Under the pieces are notes generated by a model, which made no database searches, had not been told where the DNA came from, and saw only the letters and a program-made list of their open reading frames with translations. DNA of 64,000 nucleotides, taken from positions 9,612,001 to 9,676,000 of the forward strand of contig NW_024704742.1 of the NCBI RefSeq assembly GCF_018977255.1. Reading direction: 5' to 3'. Numbering within the stretch: position 1 is the first letter of the stretch; every line of letters starts with the position of its first letter. The DNA is from Callorhinchus milii. Taxonomy: Eukaryota. Positions 60,401 through 64,000 of the stretch are shown here, piece after piece. The position numbers and the translations under genes are program-made.

Positions 60401-60834
60401 AAATTGGTCATTCACTTCCGACTGTTTGCTGTGTGCAACTTGGCTGCTGCGTTCACCTAGAAAATGTACAATCAGTAATTTTTTACACTAAATCCTGTGA
60501 AGCACTTTCAGACATCCTCCCGATGTGAAAGGCACTCTACAAAAGGTAAGGATTTTTATTACTAAACAGTAATCAGTATTATCGTCTATGAGGTATATAG
60601 CTAAACTCAAGAACAGCAATTCTTAATTGTTAACATATCAGGCAGGCAACTACTGTCCTACAAAAAATTACCAAATTAGCTTTAAAAAGCTTTCTGCCTC
60701 TTTAGAGACCAAAGTTTTTAATTTCTATTAGACATTCCGTCTATTAGATGGAAGCAAAAAGTGGGCACTTCAGCACTAAATTCAGCTTCATCAATTTATT
60801 AGCAGATCCAGGCTGAACCACTTACAAAGGGAGG

Positions 60835-61335
60835 CTGATCCTAGTCCTCGCTTTCAAAGCCCTCCACAGCTTTGCTCCTGCTACCTCAGCTAACCCATAC
60901 CAACCTGTCCACTCCCTCCGCTCCAGCCTGCTTCACGTCCCCCGCTCTACCCGCCACACCCTCGGCAGTCAGGACTTCAGCCTTTCTGCCCCCACCCTTT
61001 AGAGTCCCACCTTCGCCTCGCCCTCTCTCTTCCCTCCAAGGCTCATCTCAAGACCTTCCTCTTTGACCGTGTCTTCGGTCACCCTCCTACTCCCATCCTC
61101 CCCGCCCTCCACCCCGCTTGATTCCATCCCCCAGCTCGGGTGAGAAGAGGAGTCAGCTTTAGAGTTGCGAAGAGCAAGTTCAGGAGCTGCATTGAAGGAG
61201 GCAAGGGAGGGAGCGAGGCGAAGGGAATGTGGGATGGAGTCCAAAGGGTGGGGGCAGAGAGGCTGAAGGCCCAACCGCTGATGGTGGGGTGTGCCGGACG
61301 GGGGACTGCTGATCGGTGGGAGCGGACAGGGTGAC
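60835..61335. mobile_element. Two L2 3' fragments in inverted orientation (+ 60835-61140, - 61190-61335)
   Basis: CAGCCTTTCTGCCCCCACCCTTT versus AAAGGGTGGGGGCAGAGAGGCTG. Confidence 0.8.
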
Positions 61336-62615
61336 TGTGTTGACATCTCAGCCTGCATTGTTCTAAGGCATTGATCTAACATGAGCCATTATAAACTGTG
61401 GACTCCAGATGGACGAGCAAAGAAGTGGGTTTGTCAAATGGTCAATATCAAAAATGACACAGCAAACCTCTGGACTCCTCATGGATTTGATTGATACAGA
61501 ACAGCAGGCACATTACTGCTCAGGACTCAGACATAACCCCAGGAATACCTGTCGGGCTAACATGTTGACTGATCAGCTGCAAGGAGTTCATACATCAAAT
61601 GGGTAGACCCCAGCATAAGAGAAGTTAAGAATTTAATGCCTGCAGGCAGAGAGATTATTTTACTTCATTATACAGGTCTGAATTTTACTTTCAAATGTCT
61701 CCATATTATTTCATACCAGCGAAAAATTAATTTAAAAAAATTATATTGCCAATTGTCAATTGCCAAACCATCTCTGACTTTTATGGTTAAATTTCCCTAA
61801 TTGCATTGTTTCCAAGTCAACTGCCTACTGTTTGATGGATGCTGAGTATTCACCATGCAGTTTTGCTTTTGATTCAGAATGACCTTCCTTCATGAAAACC
61901 TGCACTGTGAGCACAATGCACTTAACAGTGTGCTGCTGTTAAGCATTTCAGACAGTGCCAGCAGGAAGAGCAATGGCTTTGGGAGTGTGTTCCTGAAACT
62001 GTACTTCAAGAGACAAAGTGACCATATTACGCAAATGCAGCAATATCAGTTACCAGCACTCAAGGCTGCGGCAATGTTCCAAGAGATCAATTGATAATGA
62101 ATAGGAGAGAGATCGTCGAACAATATTGTGTAGATGAATGAGCTGCTTGTTCCTTTTGGGAATCATCCAATATATTTTTGGGGGGCGAATAGAGAGAAAT
62201 TCCATCCGGGAAATTTATTCTATTTTCTTAGCATTTCAGAATGTGCGGAGATTATTAAATGCAGTGTTAATTTCGAAGCCGGTTCTCTGTAGAAAAAAGT
62301 GATGCGTTTTGAGACGTCTCAATAACATAATGAGGTACTATTTTGAATGCCAGGAAATCTAGACACAGATAACATTTCTCCCCCTCTATCTTTCATGAAT
62401 ATAGATATATATACTTAATATATGTGTATGTTTATATATATTGCGTTCCAGTACACTAGCTGCGTGAAGAGTACTATGTAAATGCAAGTTATTGTTGTTA
62501 TGTAAACCAAGATAAATATTAGATGAGTAAGCATTGAATTAATTGGGTTTAATTTATATAAGAGATTTCGTAATTCACTCCTACCATTTGCCACTGATGG
62601 TACATGTAAACATAA

Positions 62616-62781
62616 GGCTCAAAATTCAATCTAATTTTGGCTTCAAACGTAAGGTACTTTTCCTCAATTGTTAATTAGAGCCAAATTTCCAAATTAAGGG
62701 TTGATTTAGGAATTTCCTACGATTCTGCACCATCTAAGACAAACTGATCTCTCAAGCTAAGATTGGGTGAAATTTCGAGCC
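62616..62781. mobile_element. Putative MITE (PIF/Harbinger-like)
   Basis: ~29-nt imperfect terminal inverted repeats starting GGCTC (22/29 match); flanks TAA and TAT. Confidence 0.55.
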
Positions 62782-63675
62782 TATAAATAGGAACAATTTT
62801 GTGGTATTTCTTAAAAAATTCTTAATGAAGAAATTCTGATTCTCAGGAATTCTATGTTCTATGTTTAATGTTCCTTCAACTTGGAGTGACATGTATGAGA
62901 TGCTTACGGAAAGAATCCTTACTTAGATTTCTCGATTAAGAAATATATTTTACATTTACATTGAAGAAATGTTGCAGAATTAACACATGAAGCAGTAAAC
63001 TTGGGAACAAAAAATACAAATAAGCAGCCGATCTCAGCACTATTGTTCTCCTGATTATTCCATTCCATTCTGCCCACAAAATATACAATCAATTCACTTT
63101 ACAGTATATTCTGTTAAAAGTGCTTTGAGGCGAATCGAAGACATAATAAGGCGCTATATCAAATGCAAGGATTATTATTATTGTTATTATTCCCTCTTCA
63201 GTCAATATGCAATGTGGTTTGGCATCTTTCTATCTGATAGCCTCTGTCCTCACAAGTGTTGAGATGCCCTTGATGAGCTTCTCCTTTATTTCTGCCTGAA
63301 TAAAGGCATTGCTTCATCTTAAAACTGAGCATTGAGTTGAATTTAACACAGCCAGAGTAGGGCACCTAACCTAGGTTCACTTGTTTCCACGGACACTTGA
63401 AAATAGATAGCGCCAAGATAGCTCTTACTGTATTGCTGACCACTTTTGACAATACACTTTTCTCCAAATAAAGTAAGACCAGAGCCTATGCTGCTGCAGA
63501 TCTGTCTTACGGAAACTGAAGAGGCATAAATGCAAACTGACAGTGCAGTGCTAGGGATCAGATGATTTCTCACTTCCAGTTTACCACAGGGATGCAATGC
63601 AGCCAGATATTTCCAGATAATCATCACATTTTGGCCCACACAAGTACTCAATGTGGGTTACACCACATACAAATA

Positions 63676-63950
63676 ATAATAATCATTGCATTTGATATAG
63701 AACTGTAACATTGAAGTGTCTCAAAGGACTTCACAAACTGTGTATTTGTAGGAAGGAAATTGTAGCCAATATGCATATAGCAATGTCCCATAAGCAGCCA
63801 TGAAATGAATGGTCAATTTGTCTAGAGAATTAGAGACAAAAATAAAATCCTTCTGTTTTCGAAAAGCATCGCCATCCATCTGAAAAGAAAGACAGAACTT
63901 GGGTTTAACATTTCATCTGGTTCCTCCAACAATGCAGCACTCCACCAGTG
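63676..63950 (-). mobile_element. Older Deu-type SINE; a tRNA-Ala-like SINE head starts at 63951 and is cut off
   Basis: Family blocks; GTGGAGTCCTGTAGCTC at 63951. Confidence 0.7.
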
Positions 63951-64000
63951 TGGAGTCCTGTAGCTCCCGACTCCTCCGTCCCCCCCGCCACCCCGCGCAG

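Overview
Vertebrate genomic DNA, most likely a cartilaginous fish; the repeat complement suggests a holocephalan such as the elephant shark (inference). The only protein-coding gene is the 3' half of neuregulin 1 (NRG1) on the + strand: a 24-nt beta1 linker microexon (2419-2442), the transmembrane exon (7705-7807), three cytoplasmic exons (10558-10684, 12612-12742, 13433-13636) and the terminal a-tail exon (16235-16886). All splice sites are GT-AG and the phases are compatible. A long 3' UTR probably runs to ~21.3 kb. The EGF-domain exons lie upstream of the window. From ~21.4 kb onward the sequence is gene-free and repeat-rich: more than 25 copies or fragments of a tRNA-Ala-like SINE with an L2-type tail, an older Deu-type SINE, two L2 families, several CR1 families, a Tx1/L1 RT fragment, Penelope-like remnants with decayed hammerhead cores, a Harbinger-like MITE and at least two repeats I cannot classify. 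I found no convincing novel protein-coding system. The best leads are: (i) a young SINE subfamily whose 3' stem-loop has the same loop as the L2 LINE, (ii) an unclassified ancient repeat with a conserved 9-14-9 palindrome, (iii) a fold-back Penelope-like hairpin with a hammerhead core in its loop, (iv) inverted SINEs bracketing three NRG1 exons that would circularise into a stop-free 462-nt ORF, and (v) an RT-deleted L2 nested in a SINE with a target-site duplication. Repeat boundaries are approximate (+/-10-30 nt). Comparisons with mammalian NRG1 are from recall, not from an alignment run.
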